Positions 29,119 through 39,178 of a stretch of DNA of 64,000 nucleotides are shown here, in pieces (position 1 is the stretch's first letter; every line of letters begins with the position of its first letter). The notes under the pieces were generated by a model, which saw nothing but the letters and a program-made list of their open reading frames with translations, had not been told where the DNA came from and did no database searches. The translations under genes and the position numbers were made by a program. Origin of the DNA: Longimicrobiales bacterium (GTDB lineage Bacteria; Gemmatimonadota; Gemmatimonadetes; Longimicrobiales; Gaopeijiaceae); contig CBDCNQ010000005.1 of NCBI GenBank assembly GCA_965219445.1, positions 256,001-320,000 of the forward strand, given 5' to 3'.

Positions 29119-29739
29119 CTAGGGCCACCACGACACGCCGAGGTTGAAGCGTGACGACGTCGCGTCGAAGTCCAGGCCACTCACCGAGACGTTATCGACC
29201 GTCACGGTGTTGAACTCCCCTCCGGTCCACAGCAACTGCATGTCCAGAGCCCACGTCTCGCTGAAGTAGAAGTCGACTCCGCCCCCGAGCGTGAGCCCCG
29301 CGCCCGAAATGGAGAGCTCGTTCACCGGGGCCGCGTCGACCACGGGATCCGTGACGCTCACCACTCGATAGCCGAGCGCCGCCTGCAGGAAGGGAATCCA
29401 CTTCCGCAGCGAGTTCGCGAAGTTGAACCGGATACCGAGGTCGAAGTGGCCCATGGTCCACTCACCCTCGACATTGTCCGTGGTCAGATCGTCGAACTTC
29501 GCGCCATCACCCTGAGCGAAGATCGTGATCCGGCGGTTCACGCCGTAGCCGAAAAGGACGCCGCCCCCGCCCGCGTTTTCGCGGTCATTGCTGGCGCCCT
29601 GGGGGTCCAGTGACGCACCGGTCCCGTGAAGCCCGATCGTGAACCCTCGTGTCGTGGACTCTTGCGCCGCGGCGGATTCGGCCACGAAGAAGAGGGCCAG
29701 AGCGGCCAAGGGAAGGAGATTGAGCTTCGAGCGTCGCAT
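29119..29739 (-). CDS. outer-membrane beta-barrel protein (8-stranded type)
   Basis: Signal peptide, alternating beta strands, aromatic C-terminus. Confidence 0.8.
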   Translation of the reverse strand: MRRSKLNLLPLAALALFFVAESAAAQESTTRGFTIGLHGTGASLDPQGASNDRENAGGGGVLFGYGVNRRITIFAQGDGAKFDDLTTDNVEGEWTMGHFDLGIRFNFANSLRKWIPFLQAALGYRVVSVTDPVVDAAPVNELSISGAGLTLGGGVDFYFSETWALDMQLLWTGGEFNTVTVDNVSVSGLDFDATSSRFNLGVSWWP

Positions 29740-29865
29740 GGTTGCCTCGGTGGTCCAGGTGCGAAGGATCCCGGTCCGGCGCCGGTGACCGTGACGGATG
29801 CGGAGCTCGCTGCATCCAAAACAATCATAATGGTCCGACGGCGGACCGGGGCGAGTTTTTTCTCT

Positions 29866-30964
29866 CTAGAGCAAAATGCCGAGAATCACGAGATCGTCGA
29901 TCGGGTCGATCAGATCCTCGAGGAAGTCGAACACGTCTTCGATGGTGTCGACGATCCGGTGGAGCACCAGCGTCTCGCCGATGGTAAGCGGCTCACCGCC
30001 CTGACCGACGATCGTCGGTTCGTCCGCGGGGCCGGACACCGTGGCGAAGATGTCACCGTTGAGGAAGAACGTCCCTTCCAGGATCCCGTCGCTTCCATCC
30101 ATATCGACTCGGATAGAGTGTGCGCGATGGCGCACCGTGAGGTCGATTTCTCCTTCGCCCTCAGTACCCTCCTCGACGCCGCCGACGTTACCGGTGATGC
30201 TGAAGTCACGCGCGTCGACTCGGAGCTCGAACGCGACGTCGAGCGTGGTTTGGGTCTCGGTTTCCGTCCCGACGGCCTCGATGTGGAAGTCCAGTCGGAC
30301 GCCGTCCCCCTGCAAGAAGCCATGGACGGTCAGAGCGCCTCGATTCGCGTTTTCATCCAACGTGGTGCGGTAATCGAGCACCGTTGTCTCGTTCTGTACG
30401 ACGGTGAGGTGCAGGACGATGTCCTCGGCGCTCCCGTCTCCCTCATCGATCAGGTCCGCGTACCCGGTCTCCTGCTCGACGATCGGCGTGCCGGTTCCGT
30501 TCTACGTCGTACGTGATGAAGCGCACGCCGGTCTCGGGCGCACCGGTGCGCTCTGGATCGGCCGCGTAGTCGTCGGTCGCCGGATCGTAGACAAAAGTCA
30601 CACCGCGATGTGTGTCGGAGATGATCGGCGCAGCCGACGGTCCTGGCGTGGCTTCGGCCGCCTGGATCCGCCGGGCCAGGTTCAGCGCGAACGCCCGCCC
30701 GCCGTCCTCGGCGTTCGGCGCGCTCATTGAGGCTACGACGTCGATCGCGGCGGGTGCGCCTCCGAACGGTGTACGGCTTTCCAGAGCCTTGAAACCGGCA
30801 AACTCGGTCGAACCGAGAGCCGCACCCAGTGCCTCGTAGTCTGCGAGTGCTGCCTCCGTATCGAGCGCCGTCTCGATATCGGGCCCTGTACTGCTGTCAC
30901 ACGCTACGGCGAACATGCCCAGGGCTGCGATCGTCGCCAGCCGGCTCGGTCGACTCTTCCACAT
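29866..30964 (-). pseudogene. acidic lipoprotein of unknown function, frameshifted at about 30495-30502
   Basis: The FAVAC lipobox frame reads to RFITYDV, then continues in another frame as GTPIVEQETGYADLIDEG... to the stop at 29866. Confidence 0.7.
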
Positions 30965-31213
30965 GGTTCGGTCCTCCCCGTTTCTCATTCTCGAAGTCGC
31001 TTCGGTCGAGGGTGAGTGACCTGGGGGCTCCCGTTGTATGACAAGCGCTCGGCCGCCCAATCCCGAGTCTGGGCTTTTCTTGCTCGGGGCGAGGGTCGTC
31101 CGCATACTGATTGGCACGCCAGCGCACGACTCTACTTGTCCTCCCCCCAGTCGCTCGCTCGCGCTAGTTGGGGGGCGCTAGCATGGAGGGGTCTGTGGAG
31201 ACCTATCTGCCCG

Positions 31214-31864
31214 ATGGATGAGACCGCGGGTCACCGATCCTTCTTTCGGGCCGCCCACGAGCGGAAGCTACCGCTCTTGTCACTCGTCGCGATCACCGTC
31301 CTTTCGGGTTGGCTTGGCGTCCGAGCGCTTCTCTCCGGCGAAGCGGCCACAGATTCCCGGTCGGAAGAGTTGCCGCTCGTGATCCTCATGGACTCCCATC
31401 ATCCCGCGCGGGTTTATGATGAGGAGACGCGAGCGGCCAACGCCACCAACGCGGACGTACTCAGCGACGTCTTGCTCGACCTGCCGATTCGTCGGCAACG
31501 CGAATCCATCGGGCCGGAGTGGCATCGAGATGAAGAGATCCTGCGCTTCGATCCGGAGCTGATCGTCATCCACTACTCAGGGTTTCGGCAAGCGGACGGG
31601 AGCGGGCCTCGCGAGCGGCTTCGGCTCTTGATCAGCTTCTTTGGTGAGTCCGACACGCGGTTCCTGATCTACAGCCGGGCAGCGGAGGCAGCGCTTCGGG
31701 TAGCGGTGAATGGTCTACTAGCCGACCTCTACGCCGAGCATCCTGGCCTTCTGGAGAGAGTCAGCGTCTTCGGCCTTGATGACTACGGTCCACCCAGCTG
31801 GCTGAGCCCGCTGACGACCAACCCGCTCAAGCTCAGGGTGAAGCAGATACTCGCCATTCCCTGA
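31214..31864 (+). CDS. membrane-anchored hypothetical protein
   Basis: N-terminal transmembrane segment then an alpha/beta domain; stop overlaps the next ATG. Confidence 0.7.
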   Translation: MDETAGHRSFFRAAHERKLPLLSLVAITVLSGWLGVRALLSGEAATDSRSEELPLVILMDSHHPARVYDEETRAANATNADVLSDVLLDLPIRRQRESIGPEWHRDEEILRFDPELIVIHYSGFRQADGSGPRERLRLLISFFGESDTRFLIYSRAAEAALRVAVNGLLADLYAEHPGLLERVSVFGLDDYGPPSWLSPLTTNPLKLRVKQILAIP

Positions 31865-33732
31865 TGGCTCAACACACCATGGCGCGACGACTTCTGAGAC
31901 GCTCGATCCTGTGGATGGCGGCGCTCGGCGTGGCCTTGCCGGCCGCGCCTGCTTTCGGCCAACGGGGCGCTCAGAACGGGGAGTGGCGGAGCTACGGCGG
32001 AGACACCGGCAGCACGAAATACTCGTCCCTCGACGCCATCGACGAGACCAACGTGCAGAATCTCCAAGTGGTCTGGAGATGGGAGTCGGTGGACTATCAG
32101 CGTCAGGCGGAGGATCCCGGGCTCACATTCAACAACGTCCTGTTGGCGACGCCCCTGAAGGTGGGGAACGCGCTGTACACCAGCACGAACCTCGGCCAGG
32201 CGGCCGCGATCGATCCCGTCACGGGCGAGACGCTTTGGGTCTACAACTCCATCGCTGAGGGTACGGCTGTAGAGCGAGCGCGGAGGACACGCGGTCTCGC
32301 GTATTGGACGGACGGATCCGACGGCCGAGTCATGGGGCCCGAGCTCGAGCCGTTCAACTGGAATGCCGCTCCGGTGGTGTGCGGAGACGTGGTCATTGTC
32401 GGAGCAGCGATGTCGGACAACCCGTCCCGGCAGGAGATGACGCCCGGGTACGTGAGGGCCTACGACGTCGTCACCGGGCAGCTACGGTGGCGATTCAACC
32501 CGGTTCCTCAGCCCGGGGATGTTGGAAACGAAACGTGGGAGAATGGTTCTTGGGAATACAGTGGACACACCAACGTCTGGTCGCTGATGAGCGCCGACGA
32601 AGAACAGGGCTACGTGTACCTGCCGGTGAGCACGCCGACGAACGACTGGTATGGTGGGCACCGGCTAGGCGACAACCTCTTCGCCGAGAGTCTCGTGGCT
32701 CTCGAATGCGCCACAGGTGAGCGTGTGTGGCACTTCCAAATGGTCCACCACGGCTTGTGGGACTACGACAACCCTGCAGCGCCAAATTTGGTCGACATCA
32801 CTGTAGACGGGCGCCCGATCAAGGCAGTCGCGCAAGTCTCCAAGCAAGGCTTCACTTACGTGTTCGACCGCGTCACCGGGGAACCAGTTTGGCCGATCGA
32901 AGAGCGGGCGGTCCCTCCTTCGACGGTTCCGGGGGAGCGCGCCTCACCCACACAGCCGTTTCCGACCAAGCCTGCGCCTTTCGAGCGGCAGGGCATCAGC
33001 GTTGACGACCTGATCGATTTCACACCCGAGCTTCGTGCCGAGGCGATCGAGATCCTCAACGGTTATGTGTACGGGCCGATGTTTACCCCCCCGTCGGTAC
33101 GCTCCGACGACCCGGAGGACACACAAGGGACCGTTCAGCTGCCCGGTTGGGTCGGTGGCGCGGATTGGAACGGCGGGGCCTTCGACCCCGAGACGCAGAT
33201 TCTCTACGTGCCGTCCATTACCGCACCGATCGTGGCGGCGCTCGTCGAGCCAGACCCGGACGTCTCGAACTTCGACTACGTGAGGGGAACACCACGGAGC
33301 GTGGTGGGCCCTCGAGGGCTGCCGCTCGTGAAGCCACCGTGGGGTCGCATTACGGCGATCGACCTCAACAGCGGTGAGCACGTATGGATGGTGCCGAACG
33401 GTGAGGGTCCCCGTGACCATGAGGCACTGCAGGGCCTCGATCTTCCCAGGCTCGGTGTCCCCGGCCGACCCGCTCCGTTGCTGACCAAGACGCTGCTGTT
33501 CATCGGTGAGGGAAGTCCGAACATGGTGGCGATGCCCCAGTTCGGCGGTGGCGAGATGTTCCGGGCCTACCACAAAGAAACTGGGGAGGTACTGTGGGAA
33601 ACGGAGCTACCTGCCGGCACTTCAGGGGCTCCGATGACTTACATGGCGGATGGCAGTCAGTACGTCGTCGTCGCGGTCAGTGATGCGATCCATCATGCGG
33701 AATTCATCGCCTTGAGCGTTCGTTCGAGGTGA
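31864..33732 (+). CDS. PQQ-binding beta-propeller quinoprotein, copy 3 (apparent internal in-frame deletion)
   Basis: EWRSYGGD, WHFQMVHHGLWDYD, PGWVGGADWNG, KPPWGRITAIDL. Confidence 0.85.
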   Translation: MAQHTMARRLLRRSILWMAALGVALPAAPAFGQRGAQNGEWRSYGGDTGSTKYSSLDAIDETNVQNLQVVWRWESVDYQRQAEDPGLTFNNVLLATPLKVGNALYTSTNLGQAAAIDPVTGETLWVYNSIAEGTAVERARRTRGLAYWTDGSDGRVMGPELEPFNWNAAPVVCGDVVIVGAAMSDNPSRQEMTPGYVRAYDVVTGQLRWRFNPVPQPGDVGNETWENGSWEYSGHTNVWSLMSADEEQGYVYLPVSTPTNDWYGGHRLGDNLFAESLVALECATGERVWHFQMVHHGLWDYDNPAAPNLVDITVDGRPIKAVAQVSKQGFTYVFDRVTGEPVWPIEERAVPPSTVPGERASPTQPFPTKPAPFERQGISVDDLIDFTPELRAEAIEILNGYVYGPMFTPPSVRSDDPEDTQGTVQLPGWVGGADWNGGAFDPETQILYVPSITAPIVAALVEPDPDVSNFDYVRGTPRSVVGPRGLPLVKPPWGRITAIDLNSGEHVWMVPNGEGPRDHEALQGLDLPRLGVPGRPAPLLTKTLLFIGEGSPNMVAMPQFGGGEMFRAYHKETGEVLWETELPAGTSGAPMTYMADGSQYVVVAVSDAIHHAEFIALSVRSR

Positions 33733-35291
33733 CCATGGATTCCGCCCGAGCCGGTGTGGCTGCCGTCGCTCTCACGCTCATGGGCATCGCCTGCTCCGGC
33801 TCCTCGAGGCCGATCGACGTGGTCGAAGCAACCATCGCGTCGATTCAAGACGAAATTCGCTCACGGCGGACGAGTTGCCGACTCGTGGTGCAGGCCTATC
33901 TCGATCGGATCGAGGCGTACGACGAGGCCACGGTGAACGCGATCACAGTTGTGAACCCGAACGCGCTCGCGCGTGCCGATGAGATCGACGCCTCGATTGA
34001 GGCAGGCGATGAACTCGGGCCGCTCTTTTGTGCTCCGCTCCTCGTGAAGGACAATTTCGACACACATGATCTGCCGACCACCGGTGGATCGATCGCGCTA
34101 ATGGGGAGCATTCCACCGGACGACGCCTTTATGGTGCGGCGTATTCGCGAGGCGGACGCGATCGTCATCGCGAAGACCAATATGGCGGAATGGGCGTTCA
34201 GCCCGAGACAGACGGTGAGCTCCTCCTACGACACGACTGCGAACGCCTATGCGTTGGACCGCGTGCCGGCCGGGTCCAGCGGAGGTACCGCATCGGGGGT
34301 GGCCGCGAGCTTCGGTGTCGCCGGACTGGGGAGTGACACCGGGAACTCCATCCGCGGACCGTCTTCGCACCTGGCGCTCGTCGGCATCCGGTCCACGATC
34401 GGGCTGACCAGCCGCGATGGGGTCATCCCCCTCTCCTTCGATCGAGACATCGCTGGGCCAATGGCCCGCACCGTCGAGGACGCGGCAAGGATGTTCAATG
34501 TGGTGGCGGGATATGATCCGGCCGACCCGTACACCGAGGCCGGGAGAGGGCGTAAAGAGGCCGATTATACCGCCGCGCTCGACGATGATGGGCTCCGCGG
34601 GGCACGGCTTGCCGTGATGCGGGACCTCGTCGATACCGAGGATGCAGATGCTGCCGTCGTGAGAGTCTTCGAGCAGGCGGTGGCCGACCTGGCGCGGCTC
34701 GGTGCTGAAATCGTGGATCCGTTTGATTTCGACGTGCAGGAGCAGCGCGACCGTCCCAACATGTTCTGCAGACGATTTCGCTACGACATGCACGTCTACC
34801 TGGAGTCGTTGGGAGACGGGGCGCCCATTCGAGACGTCCTGGAAGTCCTGAAAACCGGTCAGTACTCTGAATACGTCGAGGCCTCGCTCCGCAGATCCGA
34901 AGAAACGCCCCTGGACGTCCACCCGGCGAACGGCGACCCCCCGTGTCCGGGCTACCTCGAAAACGAAGGAAGACAGGCCTTTCTCTCGGCTCTCGTCGCG
35001 GCTATGGACGCTGCCCGCGTCGACGCCGTCATCTACCCCACATGGCGTAACCCCCCGGCCCATATCGATCGCGGAGACGAGGAATACCTCGGCGACAACA
35101 GCCAGGTGGTAGCTCCCGCGACCGGAACGCCAGCAATCACTGTCCCCATGGGCTTTACCTATGGCCGTCTACCCGCGGGACTTCAGATCCTGGCTCGCCC
35201 CTACGACGAGCTGCTCCTGTTCCGGCTCGCCTACGCCTACGAGCAGGGAACACATCATCGAGTCGCTCCCGAGGGCTTCCCTGCGCTATGA
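33729..35291 (+). CDS. amidase-signature family lipoprotein
   Basis: VKDNFD, AGSSGG, GSDTGNSIR. Confidence 0.92.
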   Translation: MTMDSARAGVAAVALTLMGIACSGSSRPIDVVEATIASIQDEIRSRRTSCRLVVQAYLDRIEAYDEATVNAITVVNPNALARADEIDASIEAGDELGPLFCAPLLVKDNFDTHDLPTTGGSIALMGSIPPDDAFMVRRIREADAIVIAKTNMAEWAFSPRQTVSSSYDTTANAYALDRVPAGSSGGTASGVAASFGVAGLGSDTGNSIRGPSSHLALVGIRSTIGLTSRDGVIPLSFDRDIAGPMARTVEDAARMFNVVAGYDPADPYTEAGRGRKEADYTAALDDDGLRGARLAVMRDLVDTEDADAAVVRVFEQAVADLARLGAEIVDPFDFDVQEQRDRPNMFCRRFRYDMHVYLESLGDGAPIRDVLEVLKTGQYSEYVEASLRRSEETPLDVHPANGDPPCPGYLENEGRQAFLSALVAAMDAARVDAVIYPTWRNPPAHIDRGDEEYLGDNSQVVAPATGTPAITVPMGFTYGRLPAGLQILARPYDELLLFRLAYAYEQGTHHRVAPEGFPAL

Positions 35292-35298
35292 GTGAAGC

Positions 35299-36879
35299 AT
35301 GATGGATTCGAAGGCCTTAGCCATGACGCCCCTCTTTTTTGCGCTCGGCCTGGCGGCGTGCGGGGGCCAGACGGTTGGAGGGGAAGGTGAGGGGAGCGGC
35401 ACCTTCTCCCTGGAAGAAGCTACCATCCGAGGGATCCACGACGCCTTCGCGTCGGGTACTCTCACCTGCGTTCAATTGGTGCAGTACTACCTCCGCCGGA
35501 TCGAGGCGTACGACGACCAGGGGCCGGCGCTCAACGCGATTCTGACCGTGAACCCACGTGCCCTCGATTCCGCCCGAGAGATGGACCGCCTCTATACCAC
35601 GGACGAAACCGACGGCCGGCCACTGCACTGCATTCCCGTGATCGTGAAGGACAACTACGACACCGCCGATATGCCTACCACGGGCGCCTCGGTCGCCCTG
35701 GCCCACTCCGTCCCGCCAGACGACGCCTTCGTCGTGCGGCGACTGCGGGAGGCCGGAGCGCTAATTCTGGCCAAGTCGAACCTCACAGAGCTGGCCCGGG
35801 GCGGGACGACTATCAGCTCTTTGGGGGGACAGACTCGAAACCCGTACGACCTCAGCCGCACGCCGGGCGGATCCAGTGGCGGGACGGGCGCCGCGATTGC
35901 GGCCGACTTCGGCGTGCTGGGGACCGGAAGCGACACCGGCCAGTCGATCCGGTCGCCAGCCTCGGCTCAGAGTCTGGTCGGCATACGTGCGAGCCGTGGC
36001 CTCGTGAGCCGAGACGGGGTGATACCGGTCAGCTTCACTCAAGACGAGGTGGGGCCGATCGTGCGGACGGTCGAAGACGCCGCCCGGATGCTCGACGTCA
36101 TCGCCGGTTACGACCCTGCCGATCCGATCACGGCCTTCAGCACGGGGGAGATACCTCCGAGCTACACGGAGTCACTCGACCCGAACGGTCTCGAAGGAGC
36201 TCGCATCGGCCTGGTGCTGGATCTCGTCGGACAAGATGCGATCCACGAGGAGGTGAACGCGGTCGTCGAGGAGGCGATCGCGACCATGACCGAGGCGGGC
36301 GCCACCGTCGTACGCCTCCCTATTCCGAACTTCGCCGACCTCACACGGGACATCGCGCTCGGGGGCTTCGAGTTCAAGATCGCGTTCAATCGCTACCTGG
36401 CGAGCCTGGGCCCTGCCGCTCCGGTCGGTAGCCTCGAGGAGTTCATCGAGCGGGGTGAGTTCCACCCGCCACTCCGGCGTGGACTCGAGGCGGACCAGAG
36501 CGTCCAGAACGGTCTCGCCGACCCTGAGTATCGCCGTCGACTTCTTCGACGCGAGGAGCTGCGGCAAGCGGTGATGACCGTGATCGCGGACAACGAGTTA
36601 GACGCTGTACTTTACCCGCACCAGCGGCGCCTGGTGGCGCCCATCGGGGAGGACCAGCGCGAGCGCAACGGCGTGCTCTCGAACAGCACGGGCTTCCCGG
36701 CGATCACCTTTCCCGGCGGTTTTTCGGCAGCTACAGAATCGGCCCCGCTGGGTGTTACGATCGGCATTGAGCTGCTCGGCCCCGACTGGAGCGAGCCTAC
36801 GTTGATCAGACTCGCGTACGCCTTCGAACAGGCCACGCGCACTCGGCGGCCCCCGGCGAGCACACCGCCTCTGTCCTGA
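35299..36879 (+). CDS. amidase-signature family lipoprotein (paralog)
   Basis: VKDNYD, GGSSGG, GSDTGQSIR. Confidence 0.92.
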   Translation: MMDSKALAMTPLFFALGLAACGGQTVGGEGEGSGTFSLEEATIRGIHDAFASGTLTCVQLVQYYLRRIEAYDDQGPALNAILTVNPRALDSAREMDRLYTTDETDGRPLHCIPVIVKDNYDTADMPTTGASVALAHSVPPDDAFVVRRLREAGALILAKSNLTELARGGTTISSLGGQTRNPYDLSRTPGGSSGGTGAAIAADFGVLGTGSDTGQSIRSPASAQSLVGIRASRGLVSRDGVIPVSFTQDEVGPIVRTVEDAARMLDVIAGYDPADPITAFSTGEIPPSYTESLDPNGLEGARIGLVLDLVGQDAIHEEVNAVVEEAIATMTEAGATVVRLPIPNFADLTRDIALGGFEFKIAFNRYLASLGPAAPVGSLEEFIERGEFHPPLRRGLEADQSVQNGLADPEYRRRLLRREELRQAVMTVIADNELDAVLYPHQRRLVAPIGEDQRERNGVLSNSTGFPAITFPGGFSAATESAPLGVTIGIELLGPDWSEPTLIRLAYAFEQATRTRRPPASTPPLS

Positions 36880-36933
36880 AGGGCTGGCCCCGTCGCGGCC
36901 GGCCCTGAGGGCAACCGCGTCGTCGCATCGGGG

Positions 36934-37878
36934 CTAGTCGCTGATCCGTGCCCACCTCAGCGCGTTTTGCGCCTGACGGCCCTCGTTGTCGGTAAAGACG
37001 GGTGGTCGTAGGGTGAGATGCGTGTCGGTCAGCTCGTAGGCACGTGGGGCATCGGTCCCGGTCTGCGCCGGGCTCAGGTTCCCGATCCGATGATGGACTA
37101 GATAGCCCTCGTCCTCATGCACCGAGAACGGACCGAAATAGCTGCCGTACGTCTGTACGGCCGCGAGCGCCTCCTCCGGGGTCGGCTGCGTGCCCGAGTA
37201 CGGCGCGCGGCCTGGTCGCATCAGATGCACCGCCATGTGCCCGGAGGGAGCGTAGATGATGAACGCAGTCTGGTACTGGGGAACCGGGACCGACTCGCCC
37301 TCCACGATCCGCCGTGAAACCGACTCGACCCGGTAGAAGCCGAACAGCCGCCTGTGCGTATCGGTGAGCTCGGATTCGGGCAGGTCCGGGAGCCTCTCCC
37401 ACGTGAGCTGCGTGTGATTCCCGTTCTCTTGCGCGGGTGGCTGCAGCGTCAGCCGATTTCCCGAAAACGTATAGAAGCGCTTGTAGTCTGATCCGGCGCC
37501 GCGGGTGTTCAGACTGCCCTCGAGGTGGTGCGTCAGAAACCCTTCGGCCTCGTTGACGGTGAACGTGCCGAAGTACGAGGTGTAGGTCGAATAGGAAGCG
37601 AGCCCCTCTTCAGGCGTCCGCTGGTTGCCGGCATATGGCCGGCGGTCTGGCCGCATGATCGCGACACCCATGTATCCGGCCGGGTCGTAGATGATGTAGC
37701 CGAGGCGGTCCTCAATAGGGGGCGCCAGCAGCTCACCGTCGGCATCAAACTGCTCGATCTTGACCAGCGTCCACGCGCCGGCAAATTGGCTCGTTGGATT
37801 CGCTCGGGCGCCACCACCGCAGGCGGACAGCGCGACCAGCGCGACGGGACCGAGTAGCGTGATCAGCTTCGTGGGCAT
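36934..37878 (-). CDS. lipoprotein with two tandem lipocalin-like domains
   Basis: Duplicated IIY.P.G.M.V..MRP.R.PY.G...TPEE.LA....Y.SYFG.F.V.E.EG.L.HH; LSAC lipobox. Confidence 0.8.
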   Translation of the reverse strand: MPTKLITLLGPVALVALSACGGGARANPTSQFAGAWTLVKIEQFDADGELLAPPIEDRLGYIIYDPAGYMGVAIMRPDRRPYAGNQRTPEEGLASYSTYTSYFGTFTVNEAEGFLTHHLEGSLNTRGAGSDYKRFYTFSGNRLTLQPPAQENGNHTQLTWERLPDLPESELTDTHRRLFGFYRVESVSRRIVEGESVPVPQYQTAFIIYAPSGHMAVHLMRPGRAPYSGTQPTPEEALAAVQTYGSYFGPFSVHEDEGYLVHHRIGNLSPAQTGTDAPRAYELTDTHLTLRPPVFTDNEGRQAQNALRWARISD

Positions 37879-38063
37879 CCTCTCCTCCTCTGGTGACCGG
37901 CGCGCCTCGACATCACGAGTGCCGGGCCGCCACGACGTTCTACCGCGCGGTGCAACCCTGGTAATACGCGCTCACCGTTCGCTCATGCAAGGACGAGACG
38001 AACGGATGCGAATACATCCATTGGGATGCGGAGGCGTTTGCCGAGTTTCGTAGGCGCTCTCAC

Positions 38064-39062
38064 TCAGATCGCGAGCCAGCGACGGGCCTGGAGTCGTGGG
38101 TCGGGATTGCGCTCGTCGAGCCTGGTCAGGCCGAGCTCCCGAGCGATCGCCTGTGCTTCGGTGAATTCATGCCCCTGAAGGCGTCGATCGATCTCCGGAT
38201 AGGTGGTCGCCGAGACTTTGCCGGCCGGGTAGTACTGATCCATGAGGTTCACGTATGTGCCCGGTCCCAGCTCCCCCGCGATCCACTCGAGAATCGCCCG
38301 CGTCTCGTCGAGCATCCCAGGCATGACCAGGTGGCGGACGAGGAGCCCGCGCGCGACGAGCCCGTCCTGGTCGAGCTCCAGCGGCCCCACCTGCCGGTGC
38401 ATCTCCGTGATGGCGACCCGGGCGGCCTCGGGGTAGTCCCCGGCCTTGAGATACCGCTTGGCCGTCGACCGGCTCCATACCTTGAAGTCCGGCATGTAGA
38501 TGTCGACCACGCCGTCGAGCCACGCCAGGCTCTCCAGCGCGTCGTACGCGCTGGTATTGTAGACGAGGGGAAGACGCAGTCCCTGCTCCACCGCGGGTAC
38601 CAGTGCCTCGAGAACCTGGGGCACGACGTGCTCGGGAGTGACGAAGTTGATGTTGTGGCAGCCCCTCCTCTGGAGCGAGAGCATGAGGTCCGCGATCTCG
38701 TCGGGAAGCATCCCCTCGTCCGTCTCACCCGGCGGGACGGCCTGCGAGATGTCATAGTTCTGGCAGAAGACGCAGCGCAGATTGCAGTGTGAGAAGAAGA
38801 TCGTACCGGACCCTTGCCACCCCCGGAGGCAGTCCTCTTCGCCGAAGTGCGGGAAGGCGCTGCTCACGCGCGCATACCGCCCGGTTTTACACGCCGACCA
38901 CTTTCCGTGTAAGCGATCGACTCCACAGTCGCGCGGGCAGAGGCGACAATCGGCCAGCGCGCCAACGGCTTCCTCAGCTCGGCGTCGAAGCTCGTCGACG
39001 CCGAGAGCCAGGTAGCCGGGAACGGACGGGCGGGGACCCCTCGTCGGGGTGATGTCGGTCAT
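38064..39062 (-). CDS. radical SAM protein, PflX-like
   Basis: CRLCPRDC, CNLRCVFCQN, HNINFVTP, DIYMPDFK, VRHLVMPG. Confidence 0.9.
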   Translation of the reverse strand: MTDITPTRGPRPSVPGYLALGVDELRRRAEEAVGALADCRLCPRDCGVDRLHGKWSACKTGRYARVSSAFPHFGEEDCLRGWQGSGTIFFSHCNLRCVFCQNYDISQAVPPGETDEGMLPDEIADLMLSLQRRGCHNINFVTPEHVVPQVLEALVPAVEQGLRLPLVYNTSAYDALESLAWLDGVVDIYMPDFKVWSRSTAKRYLKAGDYPEAARVAITEMHRQVGPLELDQDGLVARGLLVRHLVMPGMLDETRAILEWIAGELGPGTYVNLMDQYYPAGKVSATTYPEIDRRLQGHEFTEAQAIARELGLTRLDERNPDPRLQARRWLAI

Positions 39063-39178
39063 AGGACTCTTCTCCTCGGGTAGGGACGCTTCCCCGCCAC
39101 CCGAGTCAGTACCACGTGCACGAAGATGGTTCCGCAAGCCCGGTGGTGGCTCTTCGAAAGTGGAAGGCTAGGTGCGCC

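Noticed and set aside
31111..31127. TTGGCACG as a sigma-54 promoter
   Set aside because: The GG-to-GC spacing is 9 nt, not 10.
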